The notes under the pieces: model-generated
The model's input: the letters and a program-made list of their open reading frames with translations, nothing else
The model's database searches: none
What the model was told of the DNA's origin: nothing
Assembly: GCA_963771355.1 (NCBI GenBank)
Contig: CAVYTA010000006.1
Location: forward strand, 544,001 to 608,000
Direction: 5' to 3'
DNA: 64,000 bases
From: an uncultured Candidatus Rokubacteria bacterium
GTDB taxonomy: Bacteria; Methylomirabilota; Methylomirabilia; Rokubacteriales; CSP1-6
In this document: piece after piece, positions 1 to 10,356 of the stretch
How positions within the stretch are numbered: position 1 is the first letter of the stretch
How the letters are laid out: each line of letters begins with the position of its first letter
Program-made: the position numbers and the translations under genes

Positions 1-978
1 CTCGTGGAAAAGATCGCCGAGATGACGGGCGGCCGCCTCCAGGTCGATCTGCAGCCCGCCGGCACCGTCGTGCCGGCCTTCGAGGTCCTGGACGCGGTGA
101 ACCGGGGCATCATCGACGCGGGCCACTCGTGGCCCGGCTTCTGGACCGGGAAGCACCCGGCGGCGACGCTGTTCGGCAGCGCGCCGGGGGGACCGTACGG
201 CATGAACGCCGAGGACTACCTCGGGTGGATCTACCTCGGCGGCGGGCTCGAGCTCTACAACGAGCTCCTCCAGAAGGAGATGAAGATGAACGTCGTGGTC
301 TTCCCGACCTTCGGGGAGACCCCGGAGCCGCAAGGCTGGTTCCGCAAGGCCATCAAGTCCCCCGCCGACCTCAAGGGGCTCAAGTTCCGCGCCACCGGCA
401 TCTCGGCGGAAGTCTTCAAGGAGATGGGGATGGCGGTGGTGAGCATCCCACCCGGCGAGATCGTGCCGGCGCTCGAGCGGGGCGTGGTGGACGCCGCCGA
501 GTTCAGCGATCCCAGCGCCGACATGGCGATCGGCCTCCACCAGGTGCGGAAGTTCTATCACATGCCGGGCATCCATCAGCCGACCGGCATCATGGAGCTG
601 CAGATCAACAAGGCGAAGTGGGAGGCCCTGCCGGCGGACGTGAAGTCGATCGTGAAGCACGCGGCCATGGCCGAGGCGCTGCACTACACGCTCAAGATGC
701 TCGACCGCAACAGCCAGGATCTGGTCACGCTCGTGAGCAAGCACGGCGTCACCGTCGTCGAGACGCCGCGCGAGGTCTTCGACGAGATCCTCAAGGCCTG
801 GGACAAGGTTGCGGAGCGCAAGGCCAAGGAGAATCCGTTCTTCGCCAAGGTGCTGGAGTCGCAGAAGGCCTGGGCCCAGCGCGTGGTGCCGTACCGCCGG
901 TGCTGCCATCCGCCCTACGAGTTCGCCGCCGACTACTACTGGAAGGGCGTCAACCCGTACAAGATCGTCAAGCCCTGA
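1..978 (+). CDS. TRAP transporter substrate-binding protein (DctP/TakP-like), 5'-truncated by window edge
   Basis: GWFRKAIKSPADLKGLKFR and GEIVPALERGVVDAAEF motifs typical of DctP family. Confidence 0.9.
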   Translation, partial: LVEKIAEMTGGRLQVDLQPAGTVVPAFEVLDAVNRGIIDAGHSWPGFWTGKHPAATLFGSAPGGPYGMNAEDYLGWIYLGGGLELYNELLQKEMKMNVVVFPTFGETPEPQGWFRKAIKSPADLKGLKFRATGISAEVFKEMGMAVVSIPPGEIVPALERGVVDAAEFSDPSADMAIGLHQVRKFYHMPGIHQPTGIMELQINKAKWEALPADVKSIVKHAAMAEALHYTLKMLDRNSQDLVTLVSKHGVTVVETPREVFDEILKAWDKVAERKAKENPFFAKVLESQKAWAQRVVPYRRCCHPPYEFAADYYWKGVNPYKIVKP

Positions 979-1429
979 GCGTCTTCTCCATGAAGACGCT
1001 CAGCGGGTCCGGCGTGTAGCCGGCGAAGGGCGCGATCTCCACGAAGCCCGCCGCGCGGAAGAGGCCCAGGGCCTCCGGCTGGTGGATCCCGGTCTCGAGG
1101 CAGAGACGCGTGAGCCGCTCCCGCCGCGCCTGCTCCTCGAGGGCGGCGAGGAGGCGCCGGCCCAGGGCGAGGCCGCGCGCCCGCGGGGGCACGTAGAGGC
1201 GCTTCACCTCGCCGTAGCCCGCGGGGTCGACGCGAAGGGCGACACAGCCCAGGGCCTCGCCCTCACGCCGGGCCACGAAGAAGCGGATGTCGGGCTGCGC
1301 CAGGGTCTCGATGTCGAGCAGGTGGTTGCTCGCGGCGGGGTAGAGCGCCCCGAGATATTCGTCCAGCTCCTCCACCAGGCGCACGATCTCGGCCTGGCGG
1401 GGCGACTCCGGCGCGATGGTGATGGTCAC
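968..1429 (-). CDS. GNAT N-acetyltransferase
   Basis: GEVKRLYVPPRARGLALGRRLL acetyl-CoA motif A; LETGIHQPEA. Confidence 0.85.
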   Translation of the reverse strand: MTITIAPESPRQAEIVRLVEELDEYLGALYPAASNHLLDIETLAQPDIRFFVARREGEALGCVALRVDPAGYGEVKRLYVPPRARGLALGRRLLAALEEQARRERLTRLCLETGIHQPEALGLFRAAGFVEIAPFAGYTPDPLSVFMEKTLRA

Positions 1430-1438
1430 GCCCGAAGG

Positions 1439-2197
1439 TCAGCGGGCGGTCAGGCCGCCGTCCACCGGCATGGCCTGGCCGGTGACGAAGGAGGCGGCGT
1501 CTGAGCAGAGCCACACCACCGCTTCGGCGATCTCATCCGGCGTTCCAATTCGCCCAATTGGCTCGATGTGGCTCACACGCTCCTCGAGCCCTGGCTGACT
1601 CGCCAGAAAGGGCGCCGTCATGCCGGTGCGAATATAGCCGGGGCACACCGCGTTGATGCGGATGCCCTCGCGCGCGTACTCCAGCGCGGCGGTGCGGGTG
1701 AGGCCCACCACCCCGTGCTTGCTCACCGTGTAGGCCGCGTGGCGGGGGAAGCCCTGGAGCCCGGCCACGGAGGCGGTGTTCACGATGGCGCCGCCGCCCT
1801 GGGCGAGCATGCGCGGGATCTCCGCCTTCATGCAGAGCCAGACGCCGGTGAGGTTCACGGCCAGGACGCGCGCCCAGGTCTCGGCGCCATAGTCGGCGGT
1901 GCGGGCCTGCTCGCCGGGAATGCCGGCGTTGTTGAAGGCGCAGTCGAGCCGGCCGAAGCGGCGCACCGTCTCGTCCACCATGGCGGTCACGTCCGCCTCG
2001 CGGGAGACGTCGGCGCGCACGAAGCAGGCCTCGCCGCCCGCGGCCTTGATGAGGCGCACCGTCTCATCGCCGCCCTCGGCGGCCACGTCCGAGACGGCCA
2101 CCCGCGCACCGTCGCGCGCAAAGGCCAGCGCCGCCGCGCGGCCGATCCCGGAGGCGCCGCCGGTGACCAGCGCCACCCGGCCCGTGAGGGAGGCCAT
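1439..2197 (-). CDS. Short-chain dehydrogenase/reductase
   Basis: TGGASGIG, NNAG, YTVSK (YxxxK); ATG at 2197 overlaps upstream stop. Confidence 0.9.
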   Translation of the reverse strand: MASLTGRVALVTGGASGIGRAAALAFARDGARVAVSDVAAEGGDETVRLIKAAGGEACFVRADVSREADVTAMVDETVRRFGRLDCAFNNAGIPGEQARTADYGAETWARVLAVNLTGVWLCMKAEIPRMLAQGGGAIVNTASVAGLQGFPRHAAYTVSKHGVVGLTRTAALEYAREGIRINAVCPGYIRTGMTAPFLASQPGLEERVSHIEPIGRIGTPDEIAEAVVWLCSDAASFVTGQAMPVDGGLTAR

Positions 2198-3723
2198 CAC
2201 ACCCGGGTGGCGCGATCGGCCCAGTAGGGCTCGCGGAGCACGCGCTTGATGAGCTTGCCCGCGGCGTCTCGCGGGAACTCCTGGTGGAAGGAAACCTCGC
2301 GGGGCGCCTTGTAGTCGGCGATGTGCTCGCGGGCGAAGCGCACCACCTCGTCCGCGGTGAGCTGGGCGCCCGGGCGGGGCTGCACCGCCGCGTGCACGCG
2401 CTCTCCCCACTCCTCGTCGGGCACCCCGAACACCGCCACGTCCTCGATGTCGGGATGGCGATGCAGGGCGTCCTCGATCTCGGCGGGGTAGATGTTCACT
2501 CCGCCGGAGATGATCATGTCCCGCTTCCGATCGCAGATGTAGTAGAAGCCCTCCGGGTCCACGTAGGCCACGTCCCCCACCGAAAGCCACTCCCCGCGCT
2601 GCGTCTCCTGGGTGGCCTGGGGATTCCGGTAGTACCCGTCGAAGACGCCCGGGTAGCGGCGGATGTAGAGCTCGCCGGGCTCTCCCATCGGCAGGGGGGT
2701 GCCGTCGTCGTCCAGGATGGCCAGCTCGATGCCCGGCGCGGCTCGGCCGCAGGAGCCGGGCTTTCGCAGCACGTCCTCGGGCCGGAGGATGGTGTTCACG
2801 CTGAGCTCGGTGGAGCCGTAGAACTCGTAGAGGGAGGGCCCGAAATACGCCATCGCCTGCTCCTTGACCCGCATGGGGCAGGGGGCCGCCGCCACCACGA
2901 GCACGCGCATGGAGGAGACGTCGTAGCGCGCGCGGGTGGACTCGGGCAGGTCCACGATGCGCTTGACCAGGGTCGGCGCCATGAAGGTGCTGGTGCAGCG
3001 ATGGGCCTGGATGAGGCGGAGCGCTTCCTCCGCGTCGAACTTCCGCATCACCACCACGCGGCCGCCGAACATCTGGGTCGTCATGGCGAAGGAGCCGGGG
3101 GCGGAGTGATAGAGCGGGCCCGCGGCGAGATGGACGTGGGGCTCGGCGAGGTCGAGCGCCTCGAGAAAGCGCATGGTCACCTGGGGATCCACCGCGCCGC
3201 GGATCGCGCCCTTGGGCCGCCCGGTGGTGCCGCCGGTGTAGATCATGGAGCCGCCCAGCCCCTGCGCGGCGTCCGCAGGCGGGGGCTCGGGCCGCCCGCG
3301 CGCGACGAGATCGTCGAGATGCTCGGCCCAGGGCCGGCGCTCCTTGCCCATGCAGATCCAGTGGCGGACCTTGGCGGCGTTCGGCCGTACCGCTTCCGCG
3401 ACGGGGAGGAACGCATCGCCCACGAAGACGGCGGCGGCGTCGGCATTGTCGAGGATATAGGTGACTTCCTCGGGGGTGAGCCGGTGGTTCATCGGCGCCG
3501 CCACCGCGCCGATGGCGCGCACGGCGGCGGGGGCGATCATGCAGTCGAGCGAGTTGTGCTCGTAGACGATCACGTTGTCGCCGCGCCCGATGCCGAGCGC
3601 GCGCAGCGAGAAGGCGAGGCGATTGCGCCGGTCGAGCTCTTCCGCCCAGGTGAGCCGATGCTCGCCTTCGATCAGCGCGATGGCCTGCGGCTGCTTGGCC
3701 GCGTACGCCGCGATAAAATCCAT
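2197..3723 (-). CDS. AMP-dependent acyl-CoA synthetase
   Basis: YTGGTTGRPKG, YGSTE, DRKRDMIISGGVNIYPAEIE. Confidence 0.9.
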   Translation of the reverse strand: MDFIAAYAAKQPQAIALIEGEHRLTWAEELDRRNRLAFSLRALGIGRGDNVIVYEHNSLDCMIAPAAVRAIGAVAAPMNHRLTPEEVTYILDNADAAAVFVGDAFLPVAEAVRPNAAKVRHWICMGKERRPWAEHLDDLVARGRPEPPPADAAQGLGGSMIYTGGTTGRPKGAIRGAVDPQVTMRFLEALDLAEPHVHLAAGPLYHSAPGSFAMTTQMFGGRVVVMRKFDAEEALRLIQAHRCTSTFMAPTLVKRIVDLPESTRARYDVSSMRVLVVAAAPCPMRVKEQAMAYFGPSLYEFYGSTELSVNTILRPEDVLRKPGSCGRAAPGIELAILDDDGTPLPMGEPGELYIRRYPGVFDGYYRNPQATQETQRGEWLSVGDVAYVDPEGFYYICDRKRDMIISGGVNIYPAEIEDALHRHPDIEDVAVFGVPDEEWGERVHAAVQPRPGAQLTADEVVRFAREHIADYKAPREVSFHQEFPRDAAGKLIKRVLREPYWADRATRV

Positions 3724-4514
3724 CAGGCGTCGACTTCCTTCAGGTACTCCCCCACGAGGCGGTTGAAGGTATCCGCGCGCTCGAAGTAGACGGAGTGGCC
3801 CGACCTGGGCACGCGCGCCAGCCGGCCCTTGGGCAGGAGCGTGACGAGGGTCTCGATGGCGGGCGTGGGGATCACCACGTCCTCCTCCCCGGTGATGCAG
3901 AGGACCGGCATGGTCAGCGCGGCGAGGGCCGACGGGGGAGTATTGCGCATGGACCAGAGCTTCTTGCGCGTGGCTTCCATGTCCAGGCCGAGGCGCAGGC
4001 GGCCGATGGCCTGGTAGAGGTACTGGAGCGCGGGCTGCTCCGCTTCCATGGTGGCACCGGCGGCCGGTGAGATGCCCCGCGCCACGAGATCGGCCTGCGC
4101 CCGGGTGAACTCGGGCGCGGCGAGGACACGGTCGATGTCCGGATGGGAGACGGTGCCGACCGTGCAGGCGAGCACGAGCCCCCGCACCTTTCGCGGCTCG
4201 CGGAGCGCGTAGCCGAGGCAGGTCCAGCCGCCCATGGATTGCGCCACCAGGCGCACCTCGGGCAGGCGGAGATGCTCGATCAGCGCGGCGAGGTCGTCCA
4301 CGAAGCCGAGCGGGCCGACCGCCCCCGGTCCCGCTTCCGAGGGCGAGAAGCCCCGGTGGGCGAAGGTGACGCAGGTGTAGCGGTCACGGAAATGGGGCAC
4401 CTGCTGCCACCAGGAGAGGTGATTGCCGCCCAGTCCGTGCGCGAAGATCAGCGCGGGGCCCCGGCCTTCGGTCTCGTAGTAGAGCCGGCAGTCCGGACGA
4501 TCGAGATAGGCCAT
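3723..4514 (-). CDS. Alpha/beta hydrolase
   Basis: HGLGG oxyanion motif, AQSMGG nucleophile elbow, GEEDVV acid, GHSVY His. Confidence 0.88.
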   Translation of the reverse strand: MAYLDRPDCRLYYETEGRGPALIFAHGLGGNHLSWWQQVPHFRDRYTCVTFAHRGFSPSEAGPGAVGPLGFVDDLAALIEHLRLPEVRLVAQSMGGWTCLGYALREPRKVRGLVLACTVGTVSHPDIDRVLAAPEFTRAQADLVARGISPAAGATMEAEQPALQYLYQAIGRLRLGLDMEATRKKLWSMRNTPPSALAALTMPVLCITGEEDVVIPTPAIETLVTLLPKGRLARVPRSGHSVYFERADTFNRLVGEYLKEVDA

Positions 4515-4523
4515 GGCGCGGGC

Positions 4524-5306
4524 TCAGACGAGGAAGCGGTTGACCGCGGTGGCAACGGCTTCGGGGCGCTCGTAGGGCAGCATGTGTCCGGCCTCCGGGA
4601 AGATCTCGATGGTGGCGTGCGGGAGCAGCTCGGCCCAGCGCGCGGCGTAGGCGGGCGGGATGAGGCGATCCTCCGCGCCCCAGAGCACGAGCGTGGGCGC
4701 GGTGAGACGGTACAGGCGCTTGGAGAGCCGCCGGTTGGGGATGGGGAAGAGGATTTTCCCCGCCATGGCCAGCCGGCGCGCATTGCCGATGTAGAAGTCC
4801 TTCAGCGCGTCCATGTCGTTGAGGTCGAGCCCGCCGGTGAGGAGCGTCGCGCCCTGGACGGGATCGGCGAAGAGCAGGCCCGGGATCTCGAAGGGCAGCG
4901 CGGCGAAGATATCCGGGATCGGCTGGGCGTCCAGCCAGAGGCCGGCCGCGCTCACGAGGACGAGGCGGCCGAGATCGTGGGGAGCGAGGCAGGCCATCTC
5001 GGCGGCGATCATGCCGCCCATGGAGTGGCCGATCAGATGCGGGCGGCGGAGCCCGAGGGCCTCCACCACGTCCCAGCCATGCAGCGCGAAGTCGAGCATG
5101 TCCTCCAGCAGGTCCTCGCCGGTGGACTCGCCGTAGCCCGGCCACTCGGGGGCGAGGACATGGTGCCGCTGCGCGAGGTCGTCGAGGAAGGGATTGTCGC
5201 GGAGGAGCCCGCCGGCGCCATGGAAGAAGACGAGCGGCGCCCCGCTCCCGGCCTCGAACACGCGGCACCGGATGCCGCGGCGGGTCTCGACCGTTCTCGC
5301 CTTCAT
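4524..5306 (-). CDS. Alpha/beta hydrolase
   Basis: HGAGG, GHSMGG, GAEDRLI, AGHMLP; ATG at 5306 overlaps LLM stop. Confidence 0.88.
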   Translation of the reverse strand: MKARTVETRRGIRCRVFEAGSGAPLVFFHGAGGLLRDNPFLDDLAQRHHVLAPEWPGYGESTGEDLLEDMLDFALHGWDVVEALGLRRPHLIGHSMGGMIAAEMACLAPHDLGRLVLVSAAGLWLDAQPIPDIFAALPFEIPGLLFADPVQGATLLTGGLDLNDMDALKDFYIGNARRLAMAGKILFPIPNRRLSKRLYRLTAPTLVLWGAEDRLIPPAYAARWAELLPHATIEIFPEAGHMLPYERPEAVATAVNRFLV

Positions 5307-6604
5307 GGCCGCCGTGACCCGCTGCCGCGACTGTCCGGGACGCGCTTCGGCCCCACCGCCTCGCCGCCGCCCACCGGCGGCAGCCCGGCGGGCCGCAGCC
5401 GGTCTTCCATGGGCTTGATCCACCAGCGATCGTCGTGCGCCCACTCCGGCCAGACGTCGCGGAGCTTGGGCATGACCTTCTCCGCGAAGAGCTTGGTGGA
5501 ATAGCGCGTCTTCCAGTCCGGCATGTTGCCCTTGTGGAAGAGGCAGAAGACATGGCCCACGCGCAGCCCCTTGATGCACTCCTCGAGCTGCTGGCGGACG
5601 GTCTCGGGGCTGCCCGCGATGACGAAGCGCTCGTCCACGATCTGCTTCCAGGTGAGGTGCTGCAGGATCTTCTGCGCGTCCTGGCGGAGCTGGGAGAGCG
5701 CGCCGTACTTGATGGTGTTGATGGTGCGGTAGCCGGGCGGGTCCGCGAAGGGCGGGAAGATGTGGAGGCAGCGGTTGAAGAAGTAGAGGCAGTGCTCGGC
5801 GTAGAGCTCCTCCGCCTGGGCGTCGGTCTCCGCCACGCAGATGATCTGGGCGAAGGCGGCGCGATAGGGCGAGGCGTCCTTCCCCCGCTCGGCCACGCGG
5901 TTCCAGTACCCCTCCATGAGCTGCTTGGCGCGGAGATAGCCGAAGAAGGAGAGGTAGGAGTAGTTGTAGTCGTGGTCGAGGCAGAAGTCCCAGGTCTCGA
6001 TGGAGCCGCCGCCCGGCACGTAGATGGGCGGGTGGGGCTTCTGGATGGGCTTGGGCCAGCAGTTCACGTAGCGGAGCTGATTGTACTTGCCGTCGAAGGC
6101 GAAGGGCTCGTCCTCGGCCCAGGCCCGCATGATCAGCTCATGCGCCTCGCGGTACTTGTCGCGGGTGAGCGCCGGGATCTGGCCGTAGCAGAAGTTGGTG
6201 TCCATGGAGGTGCCCACCGGGAAGCCCGCCACCAGGCGTCCGCCCGAGAGCACGTCGAGCATGGCGAACTCCTCGGCCACGCGGATGGGCGGATTGTAGA
6301 GCGCGATGGAGTTGCCGATCACGCACAGCGCGGCCTTGGAGGTGCGGCGGGCCAGCCCGGCGGCAATGAGGTTGGGCGAGGGCATGAGGCCGTACCCGTT
6401 CTGATGGTGCTCGTTCACGCCGATGCCGTCGAAGCCCAGCGACTCCGCGTACTCGAGCTGGTCCATGTACTCGTGGTAGACGTGATGGCCCTGGCGCGGG
6501 TCATAGAGGCGGCTGGGAATGTCCACCCACACCGACCGGTTCTTCTCGCGGAAGTCGTCGGGCAGGTGCGGCCAGGGCATCAAGTTAAACCACGTGAACT
6601 TCAT
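5303..6604 (-). CDS. Luciferase-like (LLM class) flavin-dependent oxidoreductase/monooxygenase
   Basis: GFDGIGVNEHH, PIRVAEEFAMLDVLSGGRL, PKPIQKPHPPI, GSPETV. Confidence 0.88.
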   Translation of the reverse strand: MKFTWFNLMPWPHLPDDFREKNRSVWVDIPSRLYDPRQGHHVYHEYMDQLEYAESLGFDGIGVNEHHQNGYGLMPSPNLIAAGLARRTSKAALCVIGNSIALYNPPIRVAEEFAMLDVLSGGRLVAGFPVGTSMDTNFCYGQIPALTRDKYREAHELIMRAWAEDEPFAFDGKYNQLRYVNCWPKPIQKPHPPIYVPGGGSIETWDFCLDHDYNYSYLSFFGYLRAKQLMEGYWNRVAERGKDASPYRAAFAQIICVAETDAQAEELYAEHCLYFFNRCLHIFPPFADPPGYRTINTIKYGALSQLRQDAQKILQHLTWKQIVDERFVIAGSPETVRQQLEECIKGLRVGHVFCLFHKGNMPDWKTRYSTKLFAEKVMPKLRDVWPEWAHDDRWWIKPMEDRLRPAGLPPVGGGEAVGPKRVPDSRGSGSRRP

Positions 6605-6643
6605 GCGGTTCGCTCCGATTTCTGCGGGTACGTCCGATTTCTG

Positions 6644-6696
6644 GATTTGATCTACGGTCATCGCAAGCGACGACCTCTCATAGGGAGGCTATCGCA
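6644..6696 (-). repeat. Intergenic hairpin repeat, copy 1
   Basis: GATTTGATCTACGGTCATCGCAAGCGACGACCTC (6644-6677) matches the cores at 8627-8660 and 10376-10409. Confidence 0.85.
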
Positions 6697-6721
6697 ACTC
6701 TTGGAGTCGCGCTCCGGTGAT

Positions 6722-7645
6722 TCAGCGTAGCCGCCCGCCGCCGGCGCCGCGGAGGCGGGGGTCGAGGAGGTCGCGTAGCGCGTCGCCCAGCATGTTGAAG
6801 CCGAACACCGCCAGCGAGATCGCCGCTCCCGGCCAGATCGCCATCCAGGGCGCGGTGTACATGTACGAGCGGCCGGAGCCGGAGAGCATGGCGCCCCACG
6901 ACGGATAGGGCGGGGGAACCCCGAAGCCGAGGAAAGACAGCGCTGACTCCGCGAGGATGGCCCCGCCGAGCCCGATGGTGGCGAGGATGATGATGGTGGC
7001 GGTGACGTTGGGGAAGACGTAGCGGCACATGATGCGGAGGTGGCCGGCTCCTACCGCGCGCGCCGCCTCGATGTACTGGTGCTGGATGATCGAGATGGTG
7101 GCGCCGCGAATGACGCGCGAGGCGGCGGCGGCGCCGAGCACGCCCAGGGCGAGGATGACGTTGAGCATGCCCGGGCCCAGCACGGCCATGATCGACAGGA
7201 TCACCACGAGGAAGGGGAAGGACTGCCAGGCGTCGACCACCCGCTGTACGCAGATGTCGTACTTGCCGCCGAAGTAGCCGCTGGTGATGCCGATCACGGT
7301 GGCGAGGAAGTTTCCCAGGAGCACGGCGCCGAAGCCCACGGTGACGGAGACGCGCGCCCCATAGACCACCCGGCTGAAGATGTCGCGGCCGAGATTGTCC
7401 GTGCCCATCCAGAATTGCGCCCCCGGCGCCTTCATCCGCGCTCCCCGGATGGTCTCGTCGTAGCTGTACGGCGCGATCCAGTTGGCGAAGACGGCCATGC
7501 CGAGCATGAGGATCACGAGGAGGCCACCGATCGCGCCGAGGGGCTTCGCGCGGCAGAAGCGCCAGAGGGCCCCCAGCGCCCGCAGGGGCCGGGCGGGGGC
7601 CCGCAGGGTGCTGGGGGCATCGAGGGCGCCGACGTGATTGGCCAT
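6722..7645 (-). CDS. Peptide/nickel-family ABC permease (DppC/OppC-like)
   Basis: MGTDNLGRDIFSRVVYGARVS, EAA loop YIEAARAVGA, ESALSFLGFG. Confidence 0.92.
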   Translation of the reverse strand: MANHVGALDAPSTLRAPARPLRALGALWRFCRAKPLGAIGGLLVILMLGMAVFANWIAPYSYDETIRGARMKAPGAQFWMGTDNLGRDIFSRVVYGARVSVTVGFGAVLLGNFLATVIGITSGYFGGKYDICVQRVVDAWQSFPFLVVILSIMAVLGPGMLNVILALGVLGAAAASRVIRGATISIIQHQYIEAARAVGAGHLRIMCRYVFPNVTATIIILATIGLGGAILAESALSFLGFGVPPPYPSWGAMLSGSGRSYMYTAPWMAIWPGAAISLAVFGFNMLGDALRDLLDPRLRGAGGGRLR

Positions 7646-7652
7646 CGCGGGG

Positions 7653-8595
7653 TCAGTACCGGATGCGCGGGTCGAGGAACGCGTACGTCGCGTCCACGAG
7701 GAGGTTCATGCCGACCACCACCGAGACGATGACCAGGTTCACGCCCTGGATCACCGGGTAGTCGCGCTGGTTGATGGCGTCGAAGAGGAAGCGGCCCATA
7801 CCCGGCAGGCCGAAGATCTGCTCGAAGATCACGGTGCCGCCGAGGATCTGGGCGATCTGGATCCCGAGCACGGTCACGACGGGGATGATCGCGTTCTTGA
7901 GGCTGTGCTTGGCCACCACCACGCTCTCGCGGAGCCCCTTGGCCCAGGCGGTGCGCACATAGTCCTGGCGCAGCACCTCGAGAAGCATGGCGCGGGTGAG
8001 GCGCATGATCGCGGCGGCGGAGGCGATGCCGAGGATGAAGGCGGGGAGGAGGAACTGCGAGATGTGGGCCCACTTGTCCTTCGAGAACTCGGTGAACTGG
8101 ATGGGCGGGCTCCAGCCCCACCAGATGGCGGGGAGGAGGATCACGAGGGTGGCGATCCAGAAGCCGGGCACCGAGAGGCCCAGGATGGCCAGGCTCCGGG
8201 CGAGGAAGTCGCGAGACGGAGTCCTGCCGGACGGCGGCGAGCACGCCGATGGGCAGGGCGATGACGATGGCGAAGAAGAGGGCGAGGAGGCCCAGCTCGA
8301 GGCTCACGGGGAGCCGGCGCATGAGTTCCTCGATCACGGGCCGCCGCGTCCACAGGGACTCGCCGAGGTCACCCGTGGCCACCCGCCCCAGCCACTCCCA
8401 GTACTGGACGTAGAAGGGGCGGTTGAGCCCCATCTTGGCCCGCAGCTCCTCGAGGTCCTTGCCGTAGGCCTTTTCCTCGAGCATGAGCTGAACCACGTCC
8501 CCCGGCAGCATCCGTGGCAGCGAGAACACGATCACCGATGCGATGAGCAGCGACGGGATCGCGACGAGCAGCCGGCGCAGGACGTACTTCTTCAC
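7653..8595 (-). CDS. Peptide/nickel-family ABC permease (DppB/OppB-like), one frameshift near 8211
   Basis: N-terminus MKKYVLRRLL...PGD in one frame, C-terminus QDYVRTAWAKGL...DPRIRY in another; removing one base after RQDSVS restores DFLARSLAILG. Confidence 0.88.
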
Positions 8596-8606
8596 GGGTC
8601 GGCGCG

Positions 8607-8677
8607 CCCTCGCTCCGCTCGGGGGTGATTTGATCTACGGTCGTCGCAAGCGACGACCTCTATGAGGTGGCTTCGCA
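8607..8677 (-). repeat. Intergenic hairpin repeat, copy 2
   Basis: CCCTCGCTCCGCTCGGGGGTGATTTGATCTACGGTCGTCGCAAGCGACGACCTCTATGAGGTGGCTTCGCA, beginning right after the SBP stop codon. Confidence 0.9.
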
Positions 8678-8678
8678 C

Positions 8679-10341
8679 TTATTTGTCGAGCCAGGCGGCC
8701 ATCATGCGCCCACCGTAGTCGTGGCCGATATTGGGCCCGAAGTTCTTCACATAGGGCTCCCAGGCCGCCATCGCGCTCACCGAGGGGCCGAACAGGAGAT
8801 AGGCCTGCTGGGCCACGTAGCGCTGGATGTCGTAGATGATGTCCCGCCGCTTGGCCACGTCGAAGGTGCGGCGCTGGAGCTTGACCATCTCCGCGAGCTT
8901 GGGATCGTTGATCCCGGCGGCGTTCAGCGGCTGGCCGGGAATGTAGTAGCGATAGAGATAGCTGTCGGGATCGGTCCAGGCGCCGAAGAGGCCGGAGCCC
9001 ACCTTATCGAACTTGCCGAAGATGGTGCTCGAGATGAAGGCGCCGTACTCCTTCATCTTGAGCTCGGCGTCGATGCCGGCCGCCTTCCAGTTCTTGAGCC
9101 CGATCTGCACCGCGTCCACGTAGTCGGGGCCGTAGCCGGGGGTGGTCTCCAGGGGGAACTTGATGCCGTTGGGATGGCCCGCCTCGGCGAGGAGCCGCTT
9201 GGCTCCGGCGGTGTCCTGCTCGTAGAGCCGCCGGCCCTCCGCGGAGAGCTGGTCGATCGGCAACGCCCAGTCCTTCAGGGCGGCCGGCACCGCGGTGTTC
9301 GGGACGCCGTGGCCGAGCGACCAGGCATTGGTCTCCAGCACCTCGCGCCAGTTGGCCGCCATGCCCATGGCGCGCCGGACGCGGATGTCCTTGAACGGGT
9401 CCTGGTCGAGCTTGGGCCAGGTGATGCCGCCGAAGACCACGATGTAGTCCTTGGTCTGGAGCTTGGGCTTGCGCTGCTTGGCGACGTCCAGGTCGCTCCG
9501 GCGCACGACCATGCCGTACTCCGGTCCGAAGTCGTACTTGCCGGCGAGGAAGGCTGCGAAGCCGGAAGCGGGATCGGTGTCGATCGTGATCTCCACGTTG
9601 TCGACATAAGGGAGGCCCGGTACGAAGTAATTGGGGTGGCGGACGAAGGACATGCGGGTGCCGGGCTCATAGCGCTCCAGCATCCACGGCCCCGTCCCGA
9701 TCACCGACTCCGGCTTCTTGAGATCGCCGAACTTCTCGACGCACTCCTTGGCCACGATCCAGGTCGAGGTGGAAGCGAGCGCATCCACGAACCAGGCGAA
9801 GGGCTCCTTCATGGTGAACTTGACGGTGTGCTTGTCCACCACCTCGATCTTGTCCAGCGCCTCCAGCGTGCCCCGGTTCGGGTTGGTGGTGGCGAGGTAC
9901 CGCTCGTAGGTGAACTTGACGTCGTCCGCGGTGAGCTCGCGGCCGTTGACCGGGGGCTTGTTGTGCCAGCGCACACCCTTCTTGAGCTTGAAGATGTAGG
10001 TGGTGTCGTTGGGCTGGGTCCAGGACTCCGCAAGGTCGGGCTCGACCTGCTGGCTTCCCGGGACCACCGAGGAGCCGGCCTTGACCTTCACGAGCCGGCT
10101 GTAGGCGAAGGACAGCGGGATCATGGTCGAGAAGGCCAGGATCGCGTGCGGATCGAAGTGGGGAGGCTGAACGTGGGAGCGAAGGCGGAAGGTGCCGCCG
10201 CGCTTCGGCGTCTGGGCGGCCGCGGGTGCGGGCCGCGCCGAGGTCGAGCACCTGCGCGCCGGCGCCGACCATCGCGGCGGCGCTGCCGAGCTTGAGCAGA
10301 TCACGGCGGCTCAGGTCGCTCATCGTCAGGCGCTCGTCCAT
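8679..10341 (-). CDS. ABC substrate-binding protein family 5 (Tat-exported), frameshift near 10230
   Basis: SRRDLLKLG Tat motif in one frame; PKRGG...EPDLAESW...WHNKPPVNGRELTADDV...IGTGPW...AAWLDK in the next. Confidence 0.88.
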
Positions 10342-10356
10342 CGGTGTTCCTCCTGT

